From: Candidatus Eiseniibacteriota bacterium
GTDB lineage: Bacteria; Eisenbacteria; RBG-16-71-46; CAIMUX01; VGJL01
NCBI GenBank assembly: GCA_963792585.1
Contig: CAWBWI010000003.1
Coordinates: 1,056,001-1,120,000 of the forward strand
DNA length: 64,000 nt
Reading direction: 5' to 3'
The notes below the pieces were generated by a model. It did no database searches. It had not been told where the DNA came from and saw only the letters and a program-made list of their open reading frames with translations. The translations under genes were made by a program, and so were the position numbers. Shown here in pieces: positions 53,571 to 63,316 of this stretch. How positions within the stretch are numbered: position 1 is the stretch's first letter; each line of letters begins with the position of its first letter.

Positions 53571-54248
53571 ATGAACCGCTGGAACAAGACTCCGCAGGCA
53601 TGTGCGTTACTGTGCGCTCTGTCCGCCACATTCGTCCCCGCCGTCGCATCCGCAGAGGTCATATGGAGCCAGCCTCCGGATCTGCACGGATTCAAGTGCA
53701 GCTCGGAGATCATCGCGATCTACGGTCTGGATTCCCGGATCGCGGATGACTTCCAGCTCACATCGGATGCGACGATTCGGGCTGTGGTCTTCTGGGGCGG
53801 GTACTACAACTGGAGTGGCGAGGATCCCGATCCACCCTTCAACGTCGTCTTCTACTCGCACTCTGATCACTCCGATTGCGACCCGATGTACGAACTGGCC
53901 GTGTACGAATGCCTGAGGACGGATCGCACCTTCGTCGGGTATGACGACGGAGGCTATCCCACGTACATGTATGTCGCGAACGTGGATTTCGCGGCGACCG
54001 CCAACACGCGCTACTGGTGCATGGTTCAAGCCTGCGATCACCCTTACCCACCTCAGTGGGGCCGCCAGCAGTCGACGGAGGATCCACTCTGCGATGCGCA
54101 GTGGTATTTGGTCTTGAACTGGCCCGAGTGGATCGACATGTGGTACGTCGTGGGCATTCCCTGGGGGGCGAGCTTGGAACTCCGCGACGACCCGCCGACG
54201 CCGATCGAACCCACCACCTGGGGACGGATCAAGGCCGCGTTTCGTTGA
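53571..54248 (+). CDS. Secreted ~225-aa protein with C-terminal TTWGRIKAAFR tail
   Basis: GGGAGG RBS; signal peptide; WSQPPD...SSEII...ADDF.LTSDATI...WGGYYN shared with 6688-7422. Confidence 0.85.
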   Translation: MNRWNKTPQACALLCALSATFVPAVASAEVIWSQPPDLHGFKCSSEIIAIYGLDSRIADDFQLTSDATIRAVVFWGGYYNWSGEDPDPPFNVVFYSHSDHSDCDPMYELAVYECLRTDRTFVGYDDGGYPTYMYVANVDFAATANTRYWCMVQACDHPYPPQWGRQQSTEDPLCDAQWYLVLNWPEWIDMWYVVGIPWGASLELRDDPPTPIEPTTWGRIKAAFR

Positions 54249-54274
54249 GACCGCCGGGCTGCTAGAGTCCCCGC

Positions 54275-55990
54275 ATGGCGAGTGTTCGGGAGACGCACGC
54301 GGCCGCACGCCCGGCATGGGCCCTGCCGGCGGCGATCGTAGGTCTCGTCTACATCGTCTGCTTCCTCATGCTCCCGAGTCCGGGTCTCTGGATCAACGAC
54401 AACGGCGCAAAGCTCATTCAGGTGCAGAGTATCATCCAGGGCCACTACCGCGACTACTCGATCCCGTGGCCGGGCGCCGCGCTCGATCCGTCGTTCCGCT
54501 ACAACCCGATCCCAGCGCCGATCGGCGAGGTCCGCGACGGAAGGCTTTACGTCACCTACTCACAGCCCTTCGCCGTTGTCTCGTCGATCCCGTATCGGCT
54601 ATTCGGATTCCGCGGTTTGGGCCTGCTCCCGCTCGTCTGCGGATTGCTGCTCTTGCCGGCCGTCGCGATGCTGGCCGAACTCACGGGCGCCTCGCGGGGC
54701 GGGCAACGCCTTGCCGTGTTCATCGCAGGGCTTGGCACGCCGGTCTGGTTCTACAGCCTGACCTTCTGGGAGCACACGCCCGCCGCCTGCCTGGGCGTCT
54801 GGAGCCTGGTTCTGCTCCTCCGCCATCTCCGTGATGGAAAGTTCCGCAGTCTAGCGTGGAGCGCGGTTCTCGTCGCCCTTTCCGTCTTCTTGCGTGCGGA
54901 CATGCTGCTCGTCGCTGCGGCGCTTCTTGCGCTTCTCGTGATGGCTCCACGGGCGACTGCGCGCACCATCGGACTCTACCTGCTCGCGGTCGCGCTGACC
55001 CTGATGCCGCTTCTCATCTTCCAGTGGCGGGCTCTGGGGGATCCGTTCGGCCTGCACCTTGCGGCGCACTCGCCGTTCGCCGGCGGTCTCGGCGGTTATC
55101 TTGCAGGCAGGGGGACAGTGATCCGCGAGATCCTGTTCAGCGCGCATGCGAATCCTTGGCTGTCGGCGATTCTGGCCGCGCCCTTCCTACTGCTCTTCTT
55201 CCTGTCCCCGCGCCTCAGGCAGGCGCGCCTGGACGGGATCGGGCCCCTCGTGGCGATCCTTGGTTTCGCGGCCGGTGTCGCAATCCTGCTGGGGCAGGCC
55301 GGATCGGCGAGCCCCATGTGGGGCCTTGTCCATGCCAACGGCCTCTTCGCGGCGTCCGCGGTCCTGATCCTGGCGTTTCTGCGAACAGCGGACGATTCCG
55401 CGGTGTCGGGGTGGACGGCCCCGGATGGCGCGACCTACTTGTGGCGGTTCCTCCTGATGTATGTCCTCGCCTACGTGGCATTCTCGCCGACCAGTTCCAC
55501 GGGCATCCACTGGGGATGCCGTTTCCTGTTGCCGGTCTATCCGATCATGGCGGCCATGACGGGGCCTGTCATCATGCGGGTCGCATCGAGTCCGGGCCAG
55601 CGCAGGCGGCTCAGCGTCGGGGCCGTTGCGGCCGCACTGGCGCTGTCGTTTGCGGCGCAGGTGTACTCGGTGCAGCTTCTGGTCCGGCGTACGGCATTCT
55701 CCGCGCGGCTGAACGAAGCCGTCGCGGAGCGTCCGGAGCGCATCATCGTGGTGAACGGTTGGTTCCTGCCGCAGGATCTCGCGCCGAATTTCCACGGCAA
55801 GCAGATCTTCCTGGTGCAGCGCCCGGAGGACTGGGACGCGCTGCCGGAAGCGCTCGGCAGCTCGCGCGCCGACCGCGTCCTGCTCATCACTTGGCCTCAC
55901 GGGGCTGCGCCGCGTTCTCCCGACACCATCACGCTCGATGACGGGATGGGTTTCATCTCGGTCGACATCGGGCCGGTTAACGTGCGGTGA
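54275..55990 (+). CDS. Polytopic GT-C-fold glycosyltransferase-like membrane protein (LA_3751/LA_3752-like)
   Basis: GLWINDNGAKLIQ after TM1, YS..FWEH, G.HWG.RFLLP; more than 10 TM helices. Confidence 0.72.
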   Translation: MASVRETHAAARPAWALPAAIVGLVYIVCFLMLPSPGLWINDNGAKLIQVQSIIQGHYRDYSIPWPGAALDPSFRYNPIPAPIGEVRDGRLYVTYSQPFAVVSSIPYRLFGFRGLGLLPLVCGLLLLPAVAMLAELTGASRGGQRLAVFIAGLGTPVWFYSLTFWEHTPAACLGVWSLVLLLRHLRDGKFRSLAWSAVLVALSVFLRADMLLVAAALLALLVMAPRATARTIGLYLLAVALTLMPLLIFQWRALGDPFGLHLAAHSPFAGGLGGYLAGRGTVIREILFSAHANPWLSAILAAPFLLLFFLSPRLRQARLDGIGPLVAILGFAAGVAILLGQAGSASPMWGLVHANGLFAASAVLILAFLRTADDSAVSGWTAPDGATYLWRFLLMYVLAYVAFSPTSSTGIHWGCRFLLPVYPIMAAMTGPVIMRVASSPGQRRRLSVGAVAAALALSFAAQVYSVQLLVRRTAFSARLNEAVAERPERIIVVNGWFLPQDLAPNFHGKQIFLVQRPEDWDALPEALGSSRADRVLLITWPHGAAPRSPDTITLDDGMGFISVDIGPVNVR

Positions 55991-56054
55991 GCTTCATCGG
56001 TGCATCGCGGCACCGGGGTTCCTCTCGACGGCACCATACGAAGGCCACGAAAGA

Positions 56055-56079
56055 GGCCCGGGGAATCGATCCCCGGGCC
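56055..56079. terminator. Inverted repeat between convergent genes
   Basis: GGCCCGGGGA-atcga-TCCCCGGGCC. Confidence 0.6.
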
Positions 56080-56104
56080 GTCAGTCTTCGATCGCCAGGA
56101 TCGG

Positions 56105-57355
56105 CTACCGCTTGTCCATCGGCACGTACGGCATGCTGATCGGGCCGACGTAGATCGCGCGGGGCCGGAAGATGCGATTGTCCTGCAGATACTCGATCGC
56201 GCGGGCGGTCCATCCGGAGATCCGGCTCACCGCGAAGATCGGCGTGAACATCGCCGTCTCGATCGCCATGGCGCGGTAGATCAGACCCGAGTAGAAGTCG
56301 ACGTTCGGGAAGATCTTCTTCTCCCCGAGCTGGCTGCAGACGAGTCCGTCGAGCTTCAACGCGATGTCGTAGAGCCTCCGCACGGCCGGGTCGCGATCGA
56401 CGAGACCGTCCGCCATCGGCCCGAAGATCCGGGCGCGCGGGTCGTAGGCCTTGTAGACGCGATGCCCGAAGCCCATCACCTTGCGCTTGGTCTGCTGCGC
56501 CTTTGCGAACCACGCCTCGACGTTATCCACGCTGCCGATCTCCTCGAGATCGTACAAGACCCTCTCGTTCGCGCCGCCGTGGAGCGAACCCTTGAGGCTC
56601 GCGATGCCGGCAACGACGCTGCCGTACATGTCGGAGAGGGAGGAGTTGACGACCATCGTCGTGAAGGTCGACGCATTCATCCCGTGGTCGGCGTGGAGGA
56701 TGAGCGATATGTCCATCGATCGCTCGAGAACGGCGTCGGGTTTCTTGCCGGTCATCATGTAGAGCAGGTTTGCGGCGTGGCTGAGGGATGGGTCGGGATC
56801 GATCGGCTTCTCGCCTTTGCGGATCCGGGCGATCGCGCCCGTGAGGGTTGCCATTTGCGCGATCAGCTTGATCGCGATCTCGGTCTCGTTTTCGACGGAG
56901 GTGTCGTCGGCCCGGGGATCGATGTTTCCCTGAATCGAGGCGAGGGTCCGCAACGTCGACATAGGATGCGCCGTTCCCGCGGGCAAGTACTCCAGCGCCT
57001 TGCGCGACTCCTCCGAGAGCGGCGCATAGCGACGGACCTTGTCCTTGAACGCGTCGAGCTCGGCGTGCTTCGGCAGCTTTCCGAACAAGAGGAGGTAGGA
57101 CGTTTCCTCGAACGTCGAGTTCTCGGCGAGATCGAAGATGTTGATCCCCCGGTAGACGAGCCAACCCTTTGCTCCATTGACGTAGCCGACCATCGTGTCG
57201 GTCGCGGGCGCCCCCTCGAGGCCCTTGCCGATCGAGGCCTCGACGGGCCACGTATGGTCGCCCGTCATCTTCGGCTCCGGCTCGTCGTTCGTTTCGCGGA
57301 ACGCCTTCTCCCTGGCGACACGGATCAAGGCGGTGATATCGGCGGTCGTGGTCAT
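56105..57355 (-). CDS. gltA: Citrate synthase
   Basis: GKGLEG, LVYRG, HADHGMNASTF, HGGANE, MGFGHRVYKAYDPRA, PNVDFYSG, RIFRPR. Confidence 0.93.
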   Translation of the reverse strand: MTTTADITALIRVAREKAFRETNDEPEPKMTGDHTWPVEASIGKGLEGAPATDTMVGYVNGAKGWLVYRGINIFDLAENSTFEETSYLLLFGKLPKHAELDAFKDKVRRYAPLSEESRKALEYLPAGTAHPMSTLRTLASIQGNIDPRADDTSVENETEIAIKLIAQMATLTGAIARIRKGEKPIDPDPSLSHAANLLYMMTGKKPDAVLERSMDISLILHADHGMNASTFTTMVVNSSLSDMYGSVVAGIASLKGSLHGGANERVLYDLEEIGSVDNVEAWFAKAQQTKRKVMGFGHRVYKAYDPRARIFGPMADGLVDRDPAVRRLYDIALKLDGLVCSQLGEKKIFPNVDFYSGLIYRAMAIETAMFTPIFAVSRISGWTARAIEYLQDNRIFRPRAIYVGPISMPYVPMDKR

Positions 57356-57432
57356 ACCTGCTACCCCCGGTTCGGGGCATGGCGCGCCCCGGCATTCGAA
57401 CCCAGACTCCCAGCCCGGTGGAGGAACCCTAC

Positions 57433-57440
57433 AGTATAAT
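57433..57440. promoter_or_regulatory. Overlapping divergent -10 boxes (TATAAT on +, TATACT on -)
   Basis: AGTATAAT in the GC-rich gap between divergent gltA and the ligase-GNAT gene. Confidence 0.45.
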
Positions 57441-57516
57441 GCCCCAGGGACGCGACCGTCTCGGTGGGGACGGCACGTGCGAAGAGACGAGGCCGCCCGG
57501 GCGCGATGGAGGATCG

Positions 57517-60500
57517 ATGAACGCGCAAACCGGTCCCACTCCCGAGGGGATCTCCATCGAGACCCGCGAGCTCGCGGCGGCGCTGCGCGACGGGGACGCA
57601 TTGGCGCAGGCGGCCCTGGCTGCGATCGAGCCGGATCGCGTGATCCGGGCGCTCGAGGATGGAATCGAGTTCTTTCGCGCCGCCCCTGCGGGAGAGGTGG
57701 CCGACGCGGCCCGTGCCCTGATCATGCGGGTCCTCGAGGCGGGCCGGTGGCCGGTCTTCCTGCGGCGGGTAAGCGGCACGCCCCTTGCCGAGCGCTGGCT
57801 CCAGGCCGTTCTGACGGCCATCAACGAGGCGGACCTGAACACCGGGGATCTCCTGCGGATGCGTACGGCGCAACGGGCCGAACGACCGTTCGTGCAGATT
57901 CCCGTCGGGCGGGAGCTGCGGGATGTCTCACGCGGAGAGATCGGCGATCGAGTCGCCGCGCTCGGCTCGGCGATCGTCCGGAGAACGAAGACGTCTCACT
58001 CGCGCGTGCCCGTCGCGATCTTCTCCCCGAACCGGCTCGAGACGATGCTCGTGGACCTCGCTTGCCTCTGTCACGGAATCGCGAATGTGCCGATCGCATC
58101 GGACGCGACGCCGGACCAGATTCGCTTCATCCTCGAGCAGACGGGCTCGGAAACTCTCTTCGTGTCGGATTCGCGCCGGCTCGAAGGGGCGCAAACGGGC
58201 GGCGCGCTCGGCGGGGTCGGGACCATCGTCCTCTTCGATCCTCCTGAGGGGACCAAGACAGACCGACGACTGATCCAGCTCTCGGAGATCGAGGCGGAAG
58301 GGCGCATGCTCGGCCCGATTCTGCCCCGCCGCCCGCGCGCGGACGATCTCGCGACCGTGATGTTCACTTCCGGCACGACCGGCCGTCCGAAGGGGATCCG
58401 ATTCAGCCAGCGCAACATCCTCTACAAGCGGTTCTGCCGCGCCGTTGCCCTGCCCGAGATCGGCGAAGATGACGTCTTCCTCTGCTACCTCCCCCTCTTT
58501 CACACGTTCGGGCGATGGCTCGAAATGACCGGCTGCCTCTTCTGGGGCTCGACCTACGTGGCGATGGAGAACCCGTCCGTCGAAGCGATGCTCGCCAACA
58601 TGCGCCGGTTCCAACCAAGCGTCTTCATCTCGATTCCGAAACGATGGACCCAGCTCCACGAGAAGATCGTCCAGATCGCGGGGACCGATCCGGACGATCC
58701 GGGCGAGCCCGATCCGGCGCAGCTCCCTAACGCCGTCGCCGACGTGACCGGGGGGCGTCTGCGTTGGGGGCTCTCGGCGGCGGGATACCTCGATGCCGAC
58801 GTCTTCCTCTTCTTCCAGCGCAATGGTGTCGAACTGCTGAGCGGTTTCGGCATGACCGAGGCGACGGGTGGGATCACGATGACCCCGCCGGGGCGCTACC
58901 GTCGCGGGACCGTCGGCGTCGCCCTGCCGGGCATCGAGGTCCGCCGCGGCGAGGACGGGGAGCTGCTCTGCCGCGGGCCCTACATGATGATCGGTTACGA
59001 CGACCCCGACGAGCCGGAGCGGGACTACCGGACGGAGTGGTTCGGCACGGGGGATCTGGTCACCCAGGATGACGACGGCTATTACACGATCGTCGACCGG
59101 AAGAAGGACATCTACAAGAACGTCAAGGGCCAGACGGTCGCCCCGCAACGGATCGAGAACATGTTCACGGAGTTCGACGAGATCAAGCGGGTGTTCCTCG
59201 TCGGGGACGGGCGCGAGTACAACACCCTCCTCATCTATCCCGATTACGACGTGGCCGGCGGCAAACTGGCCCGGATGTCGCCCGACGAGCTGCGGGAGTA
59301 TCTCTCGAGCTTCGTCGTCTCGGTCAACGGGTTCCTCGCGCCCTACGAGCGCGTCGTCGATTTCGATCTCCTGCCGCGCTACTTCCGCGAGGACAGGGGA
59401 GAGATGACGCCCAAGGGAACCTTCGTGCGGAAGGTCGTCGAGCGCAATTTCAGCGACCTGATCGACGCCCTCTATGCGCGGGCCTATGTCACGCTGCGGG
59501 TGGAGAGCATCGATGTGCGCTTCCCGACCTGGCTCTTGCGCGAGAAGGGCATCACGGCCGATGCGCTGGTGACGGAGCCGGGCGGGATCCGGCTGCGAGG
59601 TTCGGGGGACCGGCTCGCGATCGGGCGGGCCGGCGGCGCCTCGGGCCATCTCCGGGTCGGAAGCTTCATCTATGCGATCGGCGCGTCGGCGCGGGAAGGA
59701 CCCGCGACCGTCGATCTCGATCCGCTGCTCCGCGTGCCACGCTACTGGGTCGGCAACGCGGAGCTGGCCCACTTCGCGGGCGAAGGCCTGATCCGGCGTC
59801 AGCGACGGGGCACGGAGCCGTTCGCGCGCATCACGGTCGAAGGCTGGCAACGCCCCGTCCTGATGCTCGACGATGCGCGCGCGCGCTTCGGGGTGGCCGT
59901 CCAGAAACAGGAGCGCGGCGCGTCGGGAGTCCACGCGGCGGCCGCACTCCTGCTCTCAGCACACGGTGAGGATGCGGAGCGGGCTCTTGCCGTGCTGGAA
60001 AGCTTCCTTGGAGACCCAACCACCGAGGAAGCCGCCCACGTGCGCGCGGTCTTGCCCCTGCTGCGCTCCCACGGGGATGGTGAGATTCGCAGGCGCGCCC
60101 TGACCCTCCTGCTTCCCCGCGAGGTGGACGAAGGAGCGGGCGAGACCCTCCGTCGGTTCCTTTCCTTCGATCCGGACGTGCTCGCGCCCGATGTGGCGTC
60201 GAGCGTGCTCGACGTCGACATGCCCGCCGCGGCGCTCCGCTCCTTGCTCGACATCGCGCGCGACCTCGACATCGGCAGCGATCCCTGGAAACTCGCTGCC
60301 GGCCGAAGACGGGTCATCTCGGTGCTTCGGCTCGCGGCCGATATCGGGTCCCGGCAGCCGCGATGGTATGCCGCGGCGCGGCAAACTCTGGTCCGCCGCG
60401 CTCTGACGGACCGTGACGGGGAAGTCATCGAGGCCGCGCGCACGGAGCGCGTGCGACTCGATGCGCGCTTCCGTTCCTGGATCGCCTCGGGGCGCGCGGC

Positions 60501-62298
60501 GCCCCCCGATCCGATCGACGAGCAGCCGATGGGATGGGAGAAGCTCATCCTGTTCGACGAGCGCTGCGACGCGCGCGTGCGTGCGCGCCTGCTCGATGCC
60601 TTCCGTGACTCGACCCTCTTGCGGGAAACGATCTTCCTGCTCGGGGAAGGGATGCTCCTCTCGGGCGCCGACCTGCCCCCTGGCGGAATCCTTGTCACCG
60701 ATCTGGGCTCTTCCGACGGCCATGCATCCGTGCGCGTCACGGTCCGCACGCGCGGGAACCGGTCGTACGAGTTCGTCGCGCGGGTCATGCGCGGCGCCCC
60801 CAACGAGGCGGCCGCCGAAGAGATCGACGGCATGATCCGCCTCGGGGCGGGCGGGGATGGGCGCAAGCTCGTCGCCGAGTTCGGCGGCTTCTGGCCGGAA
60901 TACGGGACATGGACGGAGGAGCTTGTCGACGACGAACCGGTCGGCGCGCTCCTCAAGAGAATGCTCGCGTCCGGCGACGCGGAAGCGCCCGCGCGTGTCA
61001 CCGCGCTCTGGCCGCACCTCGTCTGGAGTTCGCTCTCGGCCTTCTTCGATTTCTGGAATCGAAGCGGCCGAAAGGCGTTGATCGGCGACACGGGCATCAC
61101 GAACATCGCGATCGCCGCCCACGACTACCAGGAGAGTTCGCGACTGATCTCCGTCTCGCGCCGCGAGCCGTTCGAGGGCCTCGCGGTGCTCGTGCGCCGC
61201 ATGTTCGAGCGGTTCGTCGAGGCGGCAGAGGCGGAGTTCCCGATCCTCCGCGGCGTGGCGCCGCGAGCGCTCGCTTTCGCAGGGGTGGTCGAGGCCGTGG
61301 GAGAAGCCGACGCAATTCCTCTTCTCTGGAGATCGCTGGTGGAAATGCGGGAACGCGCCCGCGATTCCGCTGACCCGAAATGGGCCGCATGGAGCATCGA
61401 TCTATCGACGTTCCTCGACGACGTCGAGCGGGACGGTTTCGCGCCGCGGCGGCTGGTCATGGCGGTGCGACGCTACCACAACTGGTCGGGATTGAACCCC
61501 GGCGCCTCGTTGCAGGCGCGGGCCGTGATGCTGCAGGAGCTCTACGAAACGTACAGCCTCGCGGCGATGGAGCAGTCGCACCCCGAGATGCGCGTGCGCT
61601 TCTTCCGTCTCACGGTCTTTGCCGAGGCGCGCACACCGTTGGCCGTTGAACTCGACGCGTTGATTCGCGCGCACCGCGACACCCCGCTCGTCCTCGAAGG
61701 CCTCTTGCGACGGATGACGGTGCTTCACCGCACGCTCGGTCTCGACGAAGAAGAAACCTACTTCCTCGCCCGCATGACCTACGCGCACCTTCGGCCTGCG
61801 CAGCAGGTTCGGCTCGAGCTTCTCGAGGAGGGAGGGGAGACGAAGGCGGAGCTGGTGGAGGAAATTCGCGACGCCGACGGCGTTCCCCTCAAGATCCGCT
61901 CGGCGGCGAACCCGAAGGAGATCATGCGCCTCTACCGTCTCTTCGAGAACGCGGGGCTTTCGGTCGCCTTCCGCCCGGAGCATCGATTCCTGGTGATCCT
62001 GGACGAAGTGGACCACGTTCTCGGCGGGCTCTACTACCGGCCGACCGGTCGCGCGAGCGTGCACATGGAAAAGATCGTGGTCGGCCCGCGCCAGCGAGGA
62101 AAAGGGGTGGGCGAGAAGCTGATGGAAAGCTTCCTGCTGCGTGTCCGAGACGCGGGACAGAGCTCGGTGACCACCGGCTTCTTCCGACCTCACTACTTCT
62201 ATCGATTCGGCTTCCGACTCGAGAAGGGGTTCGCGGGCCTCGTCAAGGATCTCGATGAAGGAACTCCGGTCGAGGGGAAGGGTGACGGCGCATCGTGA
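57517..62298 (+). CDS. Long-chain acyl-CoA synthetase fused to helical, kinase-like and C-terminal GNAT domains (~1590 aa)
   Basis: GGAGG RBS; FTSGTTGRPKG, YLPLFH, GFGMTE, TGDL, DRKKDIYK; GNAT motif VVGPRQRGKGVGEKLM...FYRFGF. Confidence 0.9.
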   Translation: MNAQTGPTPEGISIETRELAAALRDGDALAQAALAAIEPDRVIRALEDGIEFFRAAPAGEVADAARALIMRVLEAGRWPVFLRRVSGTPLAERWLQAVLTAINEADLNTGDLLRMRTAQRAERPFVQIPVGRELRDVSRGEIGDRVAALGSAIVRRTKTSHSRVPVAIFSPNRLETMLVDLACLCHGIANVPIASDATPDQIRFILEQTGSETLFVSDSRRLEGAQTGGALGGVGTIVLFDPPEGTKTDRRLIQLSEIEAEGRMLGPILPRRPRADDLATVMFTSGTTGRPKGIRFSQRNILYKRFCRAVALPEIGEDDVFLCYLPLFHTFGRWLEMTGCLFWGSTYVAMENPSVEAMLANMRRFQPSVFISIPKRWTQLHEKIVQIAGTDPDDPGEPDPAQLPNAVADVTGGRLRWGLSAAGYLDADVFLFFQRNGVELLSGFGMTEATGGITMTPPGRYRRGTVGVALPGIEVRRGEDGELLCRGPYMMIGYDDPDEPERDYRTEWFGTGDLVTQDDDGYYTIVDRKKDIYKNVKGQTVAPQRIENMFTEFDEIKRVFLVGDGREYNTLLIYPDYDVAGGKLARMSPDELREYLSSFVVSVNGFLAPYERVVDFDLLPRYFREDRGEMTPKGTFVRKVVERNFSDLIDALYARAYVTLRVESIDVRFPTWLLREKGITADALVTEPGGIRLRGSGDRLAIGRAGGASGHLRVGSFIYAIGASAREGPATVDLDPLLRVPRYWVGNAELAHFAGEGLIRRQRRGTEPFARITVEGWQRPVLMLDDARARFGVAVQKQERGASGVHAAAALLLSAHGEDAERALAVLESFLGDPTTEEAAHVRAVLPLLRSHGDGEIRRRALTLLLPREVDEGAGETLRRFLSFDPDVLAPDVASSVLDVDMPAAALRSLLDIARDLDIGSDPWKLAAGRRRVISVLRLAADIGSRQPRWYAAARQTLVRRALTDRDGEVIEAARTERVRLDARFRSWIASGRAAPPDPIDEQPMGWEKLILFDERCDARVRARLLDAFRDSTLLRETIFLLGEGMLLSGADLPPGGILVTDLGSSDGHASVRVTVRTRGNRSYEFVARVMRGAPNEAAAEEIDGMIRLGAGGDGRKLVAEFGGFWPEYGTWTEELVDDEPVGALLKRMLASGDAEAPARVTALWPHLVWSSLSAFFDFWNRSGRKALIGDTGITNIAIAAHDYQESSRLISVSRREPFEGLAVLVRRMFERFVEAAEAEFPILRGVAPRALAFAGVVEAVGEADAIPLLWRSLVEMRERARDSADPKWAAWSIDLSTFLDDVERDGFAPRRLVMAVRRYHNWSGLNPGASLQARAVMLQELYETYSLAAMEQSHPEMRVRFFRLTVFAEARTPLAVELDALIRAHRDTPLVLEGLLRRMTVLHRTLGLDEEETYFLARMTYAHLRPAQQVRLELLEEGGETKAELVEEIRDADGVPLKIRSAANPKEIMRLYRLFENAGLSVAFRPEHRFLVILDEVDHVLGGLYYRPTGRASVHMEKIVVGPRQRGKGVGEKLMESFLLRVRDAGQSSVTTGFFRPHYFYRFGFRLEKGFAGLVKDLDEGTPVEGKGDGAS

Positions 62299-63254
62299 TC
62301 CTCACGCTGAGGCGAGCGCTCGGCGGCCTGCTTCTCGCGACGGCGATTCTCGGAGCCGGCGTCGCCCGAGCGGAGATCGCCCCCCACGAGGTCGTGATGT
62401 CGATCGCGTACGGATTCGGGACGGACCAGATCGACACCACGCTCTGCGAATACGGCGCCTACTGGAAGAGCTTGATCGCCAACTACCGGGTCGGCGATGA
62501 GGAAAGCTTGTGGCTCCTGACATCGGGGAGCCGTCCATCGGTGCGAAGGTTCGAATCGGTCGACGGCCGAGCGGTTCAGCGTGAACGGATCGATCTCCCC
62601 ATCGTGCCCGGGGGGTATGACGATTTTCTGATCGACGGCGGTGTCGTGATCCTCTCGCAAAGCCTCACGGATATGAAGGACCAGGCGACGTTCTACCGCG
62701 TCGCGGGCGATTCGATCGCCCAGAAGGTAACTCTCTCCCGAAAGGTCGGCTACAACCGCATTCGCGGTTGGGGGGTCGCAAACCTCGGCCGGCTGCGCGG
62801 GACCGGCGGCGATCTGTACAATTGCTTCGTCCGCATGTCGTCGTGCATCAGGATCGGCACGGCGACCCAACTCTTCCCCCGCCTCGAGACGGCCGACCTG
62901 GTGCCGGGCGTTCCGACCGCTACGGGGGACCTGGTCTGGGCCGATCGACTGATCGTCTCTCGCGGGATCGTTCCGGTGCTCGATCTGAGCGCGGGTTTGC
63001 CTGCAGAGCTCGAAGAGGTCTTCGACGACGGCGGTTTCGTGATCCGGCGGATCGTGGCCGATCGCAAGGTCCGGGCGGTTGAGGCGCGGTTCGAGATCTA
63101 CGATGCGGCCGGGGCGCTCCGTCGCGACATCATTGTTCGCGTTCCAGTCCATAAATTCTTCACAGTGGGTGAGGGGGAGATCGATTTCTTCACTCCCCGG
63201 TCGATCTACCAGCTGGAATTCGACCGCAAGGAGATCCGTCTCATTCGCTACTGA
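62295..63254 (+). CDS. Exported hypothetical protein, translationally coupled to the ligase-GNAT gene
   Basis: GTGA overlap; signal peptide ...AILGAGVARA; beta-rich sequence. Confidence 0.7.
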   Translation: MILTLRRALGGLLLATAILGAGVARAEIAPHEVVMSIAYGFGTDQIDTTLCEYGAYWKSLIANYRVGDEESLWLLTSGSRPSVRRFESVDGRAVQRERIDLPIVPGGYDDFLIDGGVVILSQSLTDMKDQATFYRVAGDSIAQKVTLSRKVGYNRIRGWGVANLGRLRGTGGDLYNCFVRMSSCIRIGTATQLFPRLETADLVPGVPTATGDLVWADRLIVSRGIVPVLDLSAGLPAELEEVFDDGGFVIRRIVADRKVRAVEARFEIYDAAGALRRDIIVRVPVHKFFTVGEGEIDFFTPRSIYQLEFDRKEIRLIRY

Positions 63255-63316
63255 ACGAGGCCGGAGGCGCTCACCCGTCCTATCCGCTCGATGCATGCCG
63301 CAGCGCGAGGCCTCGG

